DNA of 64,000 nt from Thermoanaerobaculia bacterium (GTDB lineage: Bacteria > Acidobacteriota > Thermoanaerobaculia > Multivoradales > JAGPDF01). Shown in pieces: positions 9,360 to 18,627 of this stretch. Under the pieces are notes generated by a model, which had not been told where the DNA came from, ran no database searches, and was given only the letters and a program-made list of their open reading frames with translations. A program made the translations under genes and the position numbers. Positions within the stretch are counted from its first letter, which is position 1; each line of letters opens with the position of its first letter. The stretch lies in the NCBI GenBank assembly GCA_963821905.1, contig CAWGFP010000011.1:378922-442921 (forward strand). Direction: 5' to 3'.

Positions 9360-9452
9360 GAGCGGCAAGAGACATTACTACAACGGCGTGCCGCGATACG
9401 TCCCCGCGCGCTCCCCGGGCGGAGTGGCGTCGGCTACACTCGCGGCTCGGGA

Positions 9453-10820
9453 ATGTACAAGCCGCGCGCCAGCCTGCGGGTCGTCAATCTGTTCGGGCTG
9501 TGCCTGTTGGCGGCGGGAGCCGCCGGCGCTCAAACCAACGACGAAGTCATCACCGGCACGCAGTTCAACTTCTCCACTCCCGGCGCGCGCAGCCTCGGAA
9601 TGGGCGGCGCGTTCCTGGCCGTCGCCGACGACGCCACCGCGGCCTTCACCAACCCCGCCGGGCTGACCCAGCTCGGGCGCAGCGAAGGTTCGATCGAGGG
9701 GCGTACCTGGAGCTTCACCTCGCGCTTCACCGAGCGCGGGCATAGCCCGGAGACCGAGCTCACCGGCATCGGCACCGACGTGGTGAGCGGGCTCGAGGCC
9801 GGCGAGATCGAAGAACGCACCGAGGGCCTCTCGTTTCTCTCCGCGGTCTGGGTCCGCCGCCGGTTCTCCTTCGCGATCTATCGCCATCAGCTCGCCGACT
9901 TTCGCGCCGCGATCGACAGTCAGGGCGCCTACGTCGGCCGGCGCGAGAGCCCGAACCGGCTGGCGCCCGCCCGCTCGCAGCTCGAGCTCGGCATCGCCAG
10001 CTTTGGTTTCGCAACCGGGTACCGGCTGAGCGAGCGCTGGTCCGTGGGCCTGGGCGTGGCGCGCTCGGACTTCGACCTCGAGTCGATGACCCGGCGCTAC
10101 GCCCGTGCCGAGCGCACCGGCGACCCGCTCGCCGATTCACTCACCGGGCAGTTCTTCGGCCCCGCCGACTTCCGGGAAGAGAACGTCGCCAACTATCAGC
10201 AACAGGAAGGAGACGACGATGACTGGGCGTGGACGGCCGGCGTCATGTGGCGGCCGAGCACGCAGTGGAGCGTCGGGGCCGTCGCCCGGCACGGCCCGGT
10301 CTTCGACTTCGCCGCCACGTTCACCGATGGCCCCGCCAGCCCCAACCCCGGCGTCGTCGATCCCGAGCATTCGGGACCGGCGCGCTTCCACGTTCCCGAT
10401 GCCTACGGACTGGGGGTCGCATGGCGGCCGGTCGAGACCATCGTGGTGTCCTGCGACTGGATGCGCGTGCGCTATTCCGAGATGACCTCCGAGCTGCGCA
10501 ACGTGCTGCGCGCGGTGGTCGGCGATCGCCGGAACTTCGAGGCCTCGGATGCCGACGAGCTCCATCTCGGCGGCGAGCTCCAGGTGCTGGAGGTTCGCTG
10601 GCCGGTCTCGCTGCGGGCGGGCCTGTTCTACGACCCTGAGCACCGGATCCGCTACACCGGCGCCAACGAAACGCTACGTGCCCGCTTCCGGTCCGGTGAG
10701 GACGAAACCCACTATGCCCTGGGCGCCGGCGTGGTGGTGGGGAGGGCGCAGTTCGACCTCGCGGCGGACCTCGCCAAGAGCACGGAGACGGTTTCGCTTT
10801 CGATGGTTGCGCGCTTCTAG
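9453..10820 (+). CDS. Outer-membrane beta-barrel protein (FadL/OMPP1-like N-terminal motif)
   Basis: ATG 9453 within ORF 9102..10820. Signal peptide MYKPRASLRVVNLFGLCLLAAGAAGAQ. GARSLGMGGAFLAVADDATAAFTNPAGL motif. Alternating beta-strand pattern and a terminal ...SLSMVARF (C-terminal Phe). Confidence 0.8.
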   Translation: MYKPRASLRVVNLFGLCLLAAGAAGAQTNDEVITGTQFNFSTPGARSLGMGGAFLAVADDATAAFTNPAGLTQLGRSEGSIEGRTWSFTSRFTERGHSPETELTGIGTDVVSGLEAGEIEERTEGLSFLSAVWVRRRFSFAIYRHQLADFRAAIDSQGAYVGRRESPNRLAPARSQLELGIASFGFATGYRLSERWSVGLGVARSDFDLESMTRRYARAERTGDPLADSLTGQFFGPADFREENVANYQQQEGDDDDWAWTAGVMWRPSTQWSVGAVARHGPVFDFAATFTDGPASPNPGVVDPEHSGPARFHVPDAYGLGVAWRPVETIVVSCDWMRVRYSEMTSELRNVLRAVVGDRRNFEASDADELHLGGELQVLEVRWPVSLRAGLFYDPEHRIRYTGANETLRARFRSGEDETHYALGAGVVVGRAQFDLAADLAKSTETVSLSMVARF

Positions 10821-10858
10821 CCGCCTTCTGGTGCGCAGTGCCAGAGGCGTTACGCATT

Positions 10859-10945
10859 GTCATCCTGAGCGCAGCGAAGGATCTGGGCGGGGGTTCTTGC
10901 CGCGCTTGGCCCAACCCCCAGATCCTTCGCTGCGCTCAGGATGAC
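10859..10945. repeat. Palindromic intergenic element, family A, copy 1
   Basis: Perfect 29-bp inverted arms: gtcatcctgagcgcagcgaaggatctggg / cccagatccttcgctgcgctcaggatgac. They flank a 29-nt core that is itself partly self-complementary (gggggtt...aaccccc). Confidence 0.9.
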
Positions 10946-11006
10946 ATCGAGGGCGGTGATCGACTTCCCGGAGTTTCGGCGCGTCTGGTTCGGAAGGAGC
11001 CTCCGC

Positions 11007-12773
11007 GTGACCACGATCTTCCGGGTTTGTTCGAGCGTCGCCCTGGCCGCCAGCCTGGGTGTTTCGGCTGCCGCCGCCGCGCCGAAGCCGTTCACGATCG
11101 CCGAGCAGGGCACCTGGGCCACGCTCGCGAAGGACGGGACGGGCGGTTTCACCGCCGCCTGGGTGAGCTACGTCCTCAACGACGTCTTCGCTCGACGCTA
11201 CGGACCGGGCGACAGAGCACTGACCGAAGGGCTCTCGCTGGGAGCCTACGCCTACGCGTTTCCGACCGTCGGCATCGCGGCGACCGGGAGCGGGACCTAC
11301 AGGGTCGCCTGGGACGTCGTACCGAAGTATTACGGTGGCTACCTGGTCGAGCGGCTGTTGCGGCCCGGCGACTCGCCCCGAGGTCCGCTGCGCAATCTCG
11401 GCGGGTTCGCCACGCCGTCCCTCGCGCCGGCGGGGACCGACGGCAGCTACGCCATCGCGATGCTCGGCGCTTTTGCCGCTGCTGGCGGACCGCAGTCGGG
11501 CGTGATCGCCCAGCTGCGTGGCGCCGACGGACGGCTGCGCCGTCAGATCAAGCTCGGACCAGGGTTCGCGCCGCGGGCGGCCAGCGACGCGCAGGGCGGC
11601 TTCTGGGTGGTCTGGAGCAGCCCGCAAGGCGTGCGCGCCCGCCGGTTCTCGAGCACCGCCGAGCCGCTCGACTCCTACCTCGTGGATGCCGCGCCATTTC
11701 CAGCCGGCATCGCCGGCAACCGCCGAGGCGAGCTGGTCGTGGCCTGGAGCGATGGGACAGGAACTCATGCCCGCTGGTGGAACGGACGCGACCGCTTCGG
11801 GCCGCGCATCCCGGTCGGCGCGGTGCCGGCGACGGGCATCAGTCGTCTCTCGGCCGCCATGGACGCCGAGGGCAAGACGCTCCTGGTCTGGGGCGCCTGC
11901 TGCACACCGGTGCGCATCGAGGCGCGGCGCTTCGAAGCCGGCGGCCGCCCGGCTGGCGGAGTGTTCGTCATGCGGCCAGATGCGGCTCTCTACCCGGTGG
12001 CGGCCGCGGGAGCGGCAGGCGACTTCGTCGTCGCCTGGGACGAGGCCGGAGGCATTCGCGGTCAGAGGCTGCCCTGGGCACGTCCGGGGGACGAGCTCTG
12101 CCTGGTGACCGGAGGCCACTGGCGCTGCGACACCGCCCATGACGGCGGCCGGGCGGAGAGCGAAGCCGCCTTCGGCGGCACGCAGCCGGGCATCCCGCTG
12201 CTCGGCGATCTCGACGGCGATGGCCGCGACGATTCCTGCCTGCTGCGCGACGGCCGGCTGGTCTGCGACACCGCTCACGACGAGGGCGCGGCGGAGCTCA
12301 AGCTGCCGGCGCCGCTCGCTGCGGGCGAAACTCCCCTGCTCGGCGATCTCGACGGCGAAGGGCGCGACGATTACTGCCGCTGGCGTGCCAACCGGCTGGA
12401 GTGCGACACCTCCCACGACGGCGCCGGCGCCGAGGTCGTGGTGGCCTTGCACACCAGCCAGTCGCCCTTCCTCGCCGATTGGGATGGCGACGGCGACGAC
12501 GATCCCTGCGCGGCGGATGCCGGCACCTTCGCGTGCGACGTGAACCACGACGGCAACGCCGACGCCACGCTGACGTTGCGCTTCGGCCGCCACGACGAGA
12601 TGCCGCTACTCGGTGATGTGAACGGCGACGGCCGTGCCGACCCGTGTTTGTACGACGGCGAAGAACTGCGCTGCGACACCGAACGCGAGGGCGACGCCAC
12701 CTTCGCGATCTCATTCCCAGCCGGCGGCGCCAACCCCGCTTCCCCATTGCTCGGCAACCCGGACGGTATCTGA
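11007..12773 (+). CDS. Secreted two-domain protein: GGF.VAW-type propeller + Cys-containing FG-GAP-like calcium repeats, paralog 1
   Basis: GGAAGGAG-N7-GTG at 11007 (the ATG at 10941 lies inside the repeat arm). Signal peptide TTIFRVCSSVALAASLGVSAAAA. Motifs GGFTAAW, GGFWVVWSS and GDFVVAWDE. C-terminal repeats LLGDLDGDGRDDSCLLRDGRLVCDTAHDEGAAE. Ends PLLGNPDGI. Confidence 0.8.
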   Translation: MTTIFRVCSSVALAASLGVSAAAAAPKPFTIAEQGTWATLAKDGTGGFTAAWVSYVLNDVFARRYGPGDRALTEGLSLGAYAYAFPTVGIAATGSGTYRVAWDVVPKYYGGYLVERLLRPGDSPRGPLRNLGGFATPSLAPAGTDGSYAIAMLGAFAAAGGPQSGVIAQLRGADGRLRRQIKLGPGFAPRAASDAQGGFWVVWSSPQGVRARRFSSTAEPLDSYLVDAAPFPAGIAGNRRGELVVAWSDGTGTHARWWNGRDRFGPRIPVGAVPATGISRLSAAMDAEGKTLLVWGACCTPVRIEARRFEAGGRPAGGVFVMRPDAALYPVAAAGAAGDFVVAWDEAGGIRGQRLPWARPGDELCLVTGGHWRCDTAHDGGRAESEAAFGGTQPGIPLLGDLDGDGRDDSCLLRDGRLVCDTAHDEGAAELKLPAPLAAGETPLLGDLDGEGRDDYCRWRANRLECDTSHDGAGAEVVVALHTSQSPFLADWDGDGDDDPCAADAGTFACDVNHDGNADATLTLRFGRHDEMPLLGDVNGDGRADPCLYDGEELRCDTEREGDATFAISFPAGGANPASPLLGNPDGI

Positions 12774-12774
12774 C

Positions 12775-14697
12775 ATGGTCAAGCTTCCTGGCCTCACAGG
12801 GTTCTCGCTGTTCGCGGCACTGTCGTTCGCGGCTCCCGCGACTCTCCACCCGCAACCCTCGCTCCTGGGGAGCGAGCTCTCGATCTCCGAGCCGGGCCTC
12901 TCGTACCAATCGGTGAGCCGCATCGTTCCGACCGACGACGGCGGCTTCCTGGTGGCGTGGTGGCAGCTCGCGGGCGGCGTGTACGTTCGCTCGTTCGACG
13001 CCGCTGGCACGCCGCGCGCCGCGGCGGTGCGCCTCGATGAGGGGAGTGCGATCGACTTTCTCGGCTCCGATCTAGCGGCGGACGGCGGCGGCGGGTATCT
13101 CGCCGTGTGGGTCGAGCGTGGGATACGGGACGGCCTCCAGGCCTGCCGCGTTTTCAGCCGCCCCCTCGACGCTGAGGGAGTACCTGCCGGCGCCGCTCTC
13201 GAGATCACTCTGCCGGCGCCGTTCGCGATCTCGCCTCGAATCGCGGCCTCTCAGGGCGGCTTCCTGACCACTTGGCTGCGCGGCGGAGCCGGCGGAGGCG
13301 ACGAGCTCGTCGTGCGTCGTCTGACCGCCGTGGGAGCACCGTCGGGCGACGAGCTGGTCGCGGTTTCACAGCCAGGCGATCTCGGATCGCTCGAAGCGCC
13401 CTCGCTGGCGGTCGATGACCAGGGCAACGCATTCCTGCTCTGGAACCAGTACGGAGTCATCGAGTGGTGGGCGCTCTTCGGCCGCGCCCTGTCTTCGGAT
13501 GGGCAACTCGGGGCGGTCATTCGCATCTCCGGCGCACGCAGTCCGTACTGCTCGAGCCCGGTTCTCGCCGATCCCGAGGGCGGATTCGTGGTCGCCTGGG
13601 AAGACGCCATCGTCCTCGACTACAGCCGCACGCAGGAGCTGTGGCTGCGGAAATTCAGCATCGACGGCTTGCCGTCGACTGACGCGCGACTGGTCAGCCG
13701 CCTCGACGGAACGGGCAACACCACCGATCGCTGCCCGACGCTGGCGATCGCCGGTGACGGCGGTCTCTTCCTCGGCTGGAGCCGCGAGCTGGCGGTCGCC
13801 GGGAGTTACGAGACCCTGGCCTTCGCCGCGCTCCTCGACGCGGACGGCGCGCCCCGTGGCGGTTCGTTCCGACTCGGCCACGAGGCCGCCCATCGGCAGT
13901 ACGCCGCGGCGGTGGCAGAGCTCGCGGGCCAGCGGCTGCTGGCCGTCTGGGGCGACGGACTCGCGGACGGCATCCAAGAAGTGCGATTGCTGGGACAGCG
14001 CTTCGTGATCCCGCCGACGGCGGTCGATCCGTGCCGCTTCGATGCCACGGGCTTCGTGTGCGACGTCGCCCACGACGGCGGCGGTGAGCCGCTGCGCGTC
14101 GCCTTCGGCGCCGCCGGTGACCTCCCGCTGCTCGCTCCCGTCGGCGGGCAGGGACGCGACGAGCTCTGCGTCTACCGCGCGGGCACCTTCCTCTGTGATC
14201 TGGCGCGTGACGGCGGCGCGGCCGAGCTGGCGCTGCGTTTCGCGGGACGGCCGGTCGACCGGCCCTTCTTCGCCGACCTCAACGGCGACGGCGCGGCCGA
14301 GCCGTGCGTTGGGCGGCGAGGAATCTTTCTCTGCGACACGGCGCGCAACGGCGGCCAAGCGGAAGTGGTGGTGCGCTTCGGCCGCCGCGACGACTGGCCG
14401 TTGATGGGTGACGTCGACGGGGACGGCGACGACGAGCCTTGCCTCTGGCGCGGCGGGCGCTTCCTCTGCGACACGGCGCACGACGGGCGCACCGCCGAGA
14501 CGCGTGTGTACTTCGGCCTGCCGGGCGACATTCCGTTGCTCGCCGATGCCGACCGCGACGGCGACGACGATTTCTGCGTCTACCGCGGCGATCGCTTCCT
14601 CTGCGACCTCGTTCACGACGGCGGCGGCGCCGAGCTCGAGGTTCCCTTCGGCGCCGCCGGCGCGGTTCCCCTGCTGGGCAACGTCGACGGTATCTGA
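12775..14697 (+). CDS. Secreted two-domain protein: GGF.VAW-type propeller + Cys-containing FG-GAP-like repeats, paralog 2
   Basis: ATG 12775, 1 nt after the preceding stop (MVKLPGLTGFSLFAALSFAAPATL). About seven repeats (DGGFLVAWWQ, GGGYLAVWVE, QGGFLTTWLR, GGFVVAWED...). Then five ~44-aa repeats GD.PL.GD.DGDG.DE.C..R.G.F.CD...DGG.AE. Ends PLLGNVDGI. Confidence 0.85.
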   Translation: MVKLPGLTGFSLFAALSFAAPATLHPQPSLLGSELSISEPGLSYQSVSRIVPTDDGGFLVAWWQLAGGVYVRSFDAAGTPRAAAVRLDEGSAIDFLGSDLAADGGGGYLAVWVERGIRDGLQACRVFSRPLDAEGVPAGAALEITLPAPFAISPRIAASQGGFLTTWLRGGAGGGDELVVRRLTAVGAPSGDELVAVSQPGDLGSLEAPSLAVDDQGNAFLLWNQYGVIEWWALFGRALSSDGQLGAVIRISGARSPYCSSPVLADPEGGFVVAWEDAIVLDYSRTQELWLRKFSIDGLPSTDARLVSRLDGTGNTTDRCPTLAIAGDGGLFLGWSRELAVAGSYETLAFAALLDADGAPRGGSFRLGHEAAHRQYAAAVAELAGQRLLAVWGDGLADGIQEVRLLGQRFVIPPTAVDPCRFDATGFVCDVAHDGGGEPLRVAFGAAGDLPLLAPVGGQGRDELCVYRAGTFLCDLARDGGAAELALRFAGRPVDRPFFADLNGDGAAEPCVGRRGIFLCDTARNGGQAEVVVRFGRRDDWPLMGDVDGDGDDEPCLWRGGRFLCDTAHDGRTAETRVYFGLPGDIPLLADADRDGDDDFCVYRGDRFLCDLVHDGGGAELEVPFGAAGAVPLLGNVDGI

Positions 14698-14776
14698 GCG
14701 TGATCGAGGTCGACTCGGTTTGGCGCGTTCTGGTTGTCGGCGCGATCGAGCGCCGTATCGTTCCCGGAGGGCCACC

Positions 14777-16018
14777 ATGAACGTCCGCTGCTTCGCCCGC
14801 TTCGCAATCGTCCTTGCTTTGCTCACGCCGTGGGCTCCGCTCCCGGCGCGCGATCTCGCCGGCCGCGTCGCCGCCGACCTGGCACCGGTGATCGAGCTTG
14901 CCGCGGACGGCTCGCACCCGACGATCGCCACCTCGCCCGAAGGCAACACGCTCATCGCCTGGCTCGCCGACGGCATCGCCACCCGCCGACTTCGCGCCAA
15001 CGGCGATCTCGGGGCCACCGTCGACCTCCACGCCACCAACAGAAGCCTCGGCGCGCTGCGCGCCGGCGCCGGCGCCAGCGGGTTCGTTCTGGCGTGGCGT
15101 GAAATCGACGACGAAGGCGCGCGCGTTTTCACTCAGCGGGTGCGCCCCAACGGCGCCGCCGCGGCCGGCGGCCCGCGCGAGATCGCCCGCCCGCTATTCG
15201 ACCCGACCGTGGCGCTCGGCGTCGCTCCGGACGGCCGTTACGCGGTTCTCTTCACCGACGCGCGGCCAATCGGCGAGAACGGCGAGCAGGGCGCTAGCGT
15301 CCTGGTGCGCCTGGCTCGATTCGATGCCGGCGGCCGGCGCATCGGCTCCATCCTGCGGCTCGCGGGCGGGGAGCGCCCAATCGAGGAGCAGACGCGAATC
15401 GCCGCCGGCGTGGCCGCCGGCAACGGCTTCGTGCTCGCCGGCTCGACGGCTTTCAGCGGCTGCGACGGCGAGGGCACAGAAGAGATCCGCTCCGCTGTGG
15501 CGCTGGTGCCGTGGCAGTCGACCCACCCCCAGTCGACGACCGCTTTCGCCGACGGTCGCGATTGCGCGGGCGGCCCCGTTCTCATCGGGCTCCTGCCCAG
15601 CCGGATCGGCGCGCTCGCCGTGCTAGCGGGCCACAACCAGAACTTGCAGCGCTTCGATCCCGCGACCGGCGCGCCGCACGGGCCACGAAAGGTCTTCGCG
15701 GAGCTGCCCACGCCGGCGTGCGAGGGCGGCGCCTGTACCACCCTCGCTGCGGTGGCTGGTGACGGCCGCGGCCGCTTCGTGGCGGTTTGGGAGAAGCAGC
15801 ATGGTGAGGAGTACAACGTCGCGGTGCAGCTACGCGGCCGTGAAGGCGGCGCGCAAACGGAGCTGATTCCGATCAACGACGCGCCATCTCTCCGACCCAC
15901 GAACCCGGCGGTGACGATGACCGACAACGGAATGGTGCGCATCGTCTGGGAACAGGCCGATGACGCCGACTTCGACGTCCCTGCGGCGATTCACCTGCGT
16001 TTGGTGAAGTTCAACTGA
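14777..16018 (+). CDS. Secreted GGF.VAW-type propeller protein, paralog 3, lacking the FG-GAP-Cys domain
   Basis: GGAGG then ATG 14777 (MNVRCFARFAIVLALLTPWAPLPA). Motifs NTLIAWLAD, SGFVLAWRE, RYAVLFTD, RFVAVWEK and VRIVWEQ. In frame within ORF 14408..16018. Confidence 0.8.
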   Translation: MNVRCFARFAIVLALLTPWAPLPARDLAGRVAADLAPVIELAADGSHPTIATSPEGNTLIAWLADGIATRRLRANGDLGATVDLHATNRSLGALRAGAGASGFVLAWREIDDEGARVFTQRVRPNGAAAAGGPREIARPLFDPTVALGVAPDGRYAVLFTDARPIGENGEQGASVLVRLARFDAGGRRIGSILRLAGGERPIEEQTRIAAGVAAGNGFVLAGSTAFSGCDGEGTEEIRSAVALVPWQSTHPQSTTAFADGRDCAGGPVLIGLLPSRIGALAVLAGHNQNLQRFDPATGAPHGPRKVFAELPTPACEGGACTTLAAVAGDGRGRFVAVWEKQHGEEYNVAVQLRGREGGAQTELIPINDAPSLRPTNPAVTMTDNGMVRIVWEQADDADFDVPAAIHLRLVKFN

Positions 16019-16033
16019 ACCCAGGGCCCGATT

Positions 16034-16127
16034 GTCATCCTGAGCGTAGCGAAGGATCTGGACCACCTGCGGCGAGCACTCCACGTCGGCTTCCGTGGTC
16101 CAGATCCTTCGCAACGCTCAGGATGAC
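16034..16127. repeat. Palindromic intergenic element, family A, copy 2
   Basis: Arms gtcatcctgagcgtagcgaaggatctgga / tccagatccttcgcaacgctcaggatgac. The core differs from copy 1 but is again self-complementary (ctggaccac...gtggtccag). It lies between convergent genes. Confidence 0.9.
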
Positions 16128-16148
16128 ATTGGGAGTCGTCCGCTCGCT

Positions 16149-17198
16149 CTATCGCGAGTTCGCAACCAAGCCCTCGTAGAACTCCACCAAGCGCGGCGAG
16201 AACTCCCGCTCACCCGGGCGAAACGCGGGCCGCAGTCGCTGCGCCGCGCGCAGATCCTCCGCGGCGCGATCCCGCAAGGTCGTCTCGCTCTCGCCACCCA
16301 GGAGATAGAGCGCGTAGCGCGATGCTCCGCGCATGAGGTGAGCCAGAAACCGCGTCGCGTCATCGGCTAGTGACTTGCGGAGCTGAACGTCGAGCAGCTC
16401 GACCGCGGCCGAATAGGAGCCGGCGAAGTAGGCCTCGACAGCGGCGCGCACCGAAGCGGGCAGAGACGGGGGCGTCGCGGTGGCGCTCGGCTCGGCTACG
16501 GAAGCCTGCGCCGGCGCTCGAGTCGCGGGCAGCTCGTCCGGAGCGCTCGGTGGCTGCGAGGGAGCGCCCACCGGTGGCGACGCCGGATCTGGGACAGTCG
16601 CGGGCGGCGCCGTAGGCGAGGGCTCGGCGCTCTCCTCGACGATCCGGCGCGACGCGACCGCGCTCGCCAGGGCCCGACGCGCAGCCGCGAAGTCCCAGGA
16701 GGCCCGCGCCGTAGCGAGATCGCGCGATGATTCATCGAGCAGCGCGGCAACCGCCGCCGCCGTCTCGCCGCCGGCCGGCGCCCCAGCGGCGGCGGCGCGG
16801 GCCGCGGCGAGAGTGCCTGCGGCGTCGCGCAGATCGCCGCAATCGCGCTGCCGGGCCGTCGCCTCGGCGACTGCGTCAGGCAACCCCACGGCCACTCCTT
16901 GCGCCGCCGAGCGCTCGAACGCGGCGAGCGCCTGAGGACAATCGTGGAGCTCGTAGCGCACCACACCGAGACGGTGAAACGGCAGGTAGGGCTCCGGGAT
17001 CGCCCCCACCAGTCGCGCCCGCGCTTGCTCCTGCGGACGCTCGGCGATCGCCGCTTCGAGCGCCGCCGCCGCTTCCACCAAGCGGCCGGCGCGCTCGGCT
17101 CGCTGGGCGTCGAGGTAGCTCTGTCGATAGTCGGCGCGCGCCGCAACTGGGCTGCAGGTCAGGACGAATGCGAGCGCCGGCGCGAGTGGCGGCTTCAT
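16149..17198 (-). CDS. Exported Ala-rich helical-repeat protein with a Pro-rich linker, unknown function
   Basis: ATG 17198 (MKPPLAPALAFVLTCSPVAARA signal peptide) overlaps the kinase stop as ATGA. Part of ORF 16149..17291. Confidence 0.6.
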   Translation of the reverse strand: MKPPLAPALAFVLTCSPVAARADYRQSYLDAQRAERAGRLVEAAAALEAAIAERPQEQARARLVGAIPEPYLPFHRLGVVRYELHDCPQALAAFERSAAQGVAVGLPDAVAEATARQRDCGDLRDAAGTLAAARAAAAGAPAGGETAAAVAALLDESSRDLATARASWDFAAARRALASAVASRRIVEESAEPSPTAPPATVPDPASPPVGAPSQPPSAPDELPATRAPAQASVAEPSATATPPSLPASVRAAVEAYFAGSYSAAVELLDVQLRKSLADDATRFLAHLMRGASRYALYLLGGESETTLRDRAAEDLRAAQRLRPAFRPGEREFSPRLVEFYEGLVANSR

Positions 17199-18613
17199 CG
17201 CAACGCCTCGGCAAGGAAGCGGTCGACGTCGATCGGCGCGAACTCGAGCGCGCAAGTGGCGATGGCCGCTGCGTCCACGCTCACTTCGCAAGCCCGGCGC
17301 TCGCCGGTCGGCGATTCCATCGTCACTCGATACTCGCCGGGATCGACAGCAAGTCCGAGCGGCGTGATGGCGCCCGGCGGTATCGCCACCTCCTGACCGC
17401 CGGCTCGGATCGCCAGCACCCTGGCCCAGGGCCGCGCGTCGATGCGCAGGGTAGCGCGGGCCGGCGCCGGCGATGCCGGCGGCGGCGAGGGCGCCTGTTG
17501 GCGCGCCAGCCAGAGCGCGCCCAGAACCCCGGCCGCGAGCGTGGCCGCCGAGGGGAGCAGCCAGCGCCAGCGCGACGCCCGCGCGGCGCTCTCACCGCGG
17601 CGCAGAGCGGACACCACCAGCTCGAGCTCGGCGAGCAGCTCCTGGGCGTCGCGGGGACGGCGCGCCGGATCGGGATCGAGCCCTCGCTCGACCAGGGCCG
17701 CGAGATCACGAGGACAATCCGGCGCCGCCTGCTGCAGCTCCGGCGTGCGGCCCGCTACCGCTTCGAAGACCTGGGCCAGCGCGCTCTCTGCGCCAAGCCG
17801 CCGGCGGCCCGCGAGAAGCTCCCAGGCCACCGCCGCCCAGGCATAGACGTCCACCGCCGCCGCGTCCTCGGCCTCGCGCCGGCCGCGCAAGCGCTCCGGC
17901 GCCATGTAGGCCAGAGTGCCCGCCACTTCGCCGCTCAGCTGGCGCGCATCGACGTGGCGCGCGATACCGAAGTCGAGCACCTTGACGGTGTCGTCGGGCA
18001 GCCGCCGCAGGTTTCCCGGCTTGACGTCCCGATGCACCACACCCCGCGCGTGGGCATGCGCGAGGCCGCGCGCGGCATCCACCAGCCAGGACGCGCGGCG
18101 TTCGAGCGCAGCCGGTGGCCGGCGCTCGATCCAGTCCGAGAGATCCTCGCCCGCGAGCAGCTCCTGCACCAGGTAGGGCGTGCCGCCTTCGCTGCCGAAG
18201 TCGTAGATGCGCGAGATGTTGGGATGCTCCAGGCGTGCGACGATCTCGGCTTCACGCGCGAAGCGCTCGCGCTCCGGTGCGTCTTCCTCGAACGAGGTCT
18301 TGATCGCCACCTCGCGTTTGAGCACCGGGTCGAAGGCGCGGAAGACGTCGCCGTAGCCGCCGTGCCCGAGGCGCTCGAGAACTCGATAGCGCCCGATCGA
18401 CGCCGGCAACGGCAGGACGACGTGGGCCACTTTCGATTCGAGAAACCCGTCCTCCTCGGCGCCGGTATCGGCGGCGAGGAGGCGCTCGACGACCCGCCGC
18501 AGCGCCTCGTCGCCGGCTGCGCGCTCGGCCAGCCTCGCCGCGCGCTCGTCCCCGGGCTCTGCCGCGATCTCGGCGAACAGCGCCGCGGCGCGGCGCCAGA
18601 GGTCGGCGTCCAC
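17195..18613 (-). CDS. Hanks-type Ser/Thr protein kinase with a TM segment and a PEGA-like C-terminal domain
   Basis: Intact 472-aa ORF. Motifs: GHGGYGDVF glycine loop, VAIK, HRDVKPGN, DFG, YMAPE. TM segment WRWLLPSAATLAAGVLGALWLA. Extracytoplasmic tail ATLRIDARPWARVL...GEYRVTM. Confidence 0.9.
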   Translation of the reverse strand: MDADLWRRAAALFAEIAAEPGDERAARLAERAAGDEALRRVVERLLAADTGAEEDGFLESKVAHVVLPLPASIGRYRVLERLGHGGYGDVFRAFDPVLKREVAIKTSFEEDAPERERFAREAEIVARLEHPNISRIYDFGSEGGTPYLVQELLAGEDLSDWIERRPPAALERRASWLVDAARGLAHAHARGVVHRDVKPGNLRRLPDDTVKVLDFGIARHVDARQLSGEVAGTLAYMAPERLRGRREAEDAAAVDVYAWAAVAWELLAGRRRLGAESALAQVFEAVAGRTPELQQAAPDCPRDLAALVERGLDPDPARRPRDAQELLAELELVVSALRRGESAARASRWRWLLPSAATLAAGVLGALWLARQQAPSPPPASPAPARATLRIDARPWARVLAIRAGGQEVAIPPGAITPLGLAVDPGEYRVTMESPTGERRACEVSVDAAAIATCALEFAPIDVDRFLAEALR

Positions 18614-18627
18614 GGTCGAGCCCTGGC

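Noticed and set aside
10860-12593. Very long antisense or alternative-frame ORFs throughout the window. Examples: 10860..12593(-) 577 aa, 13366..15132(-) 588 aa, 16727..18640(+) 637 aa, 53671..55032(-) 453 aa, 2040..3095(-), 21195..22325(-) and 22908..24155(-).
   Set aside because: They are typical high-GC artefacts. Their translations are dominated by Arg/Ala/Gly/Pro with no motifs, and each lies opposite or out of frame to a gene with clear domain signatures.
12634-12774. Upstream 47 codons of ORF 12634..14697, and likewise 14408..14776 of ORF 14408..16018.
   Set aside because: They overlap the 3' end of the preceding paralog in another frame. In-frame ATGs at 12775 and 14777 give proper signal peptides, and the latter has a GGAGG RBS.
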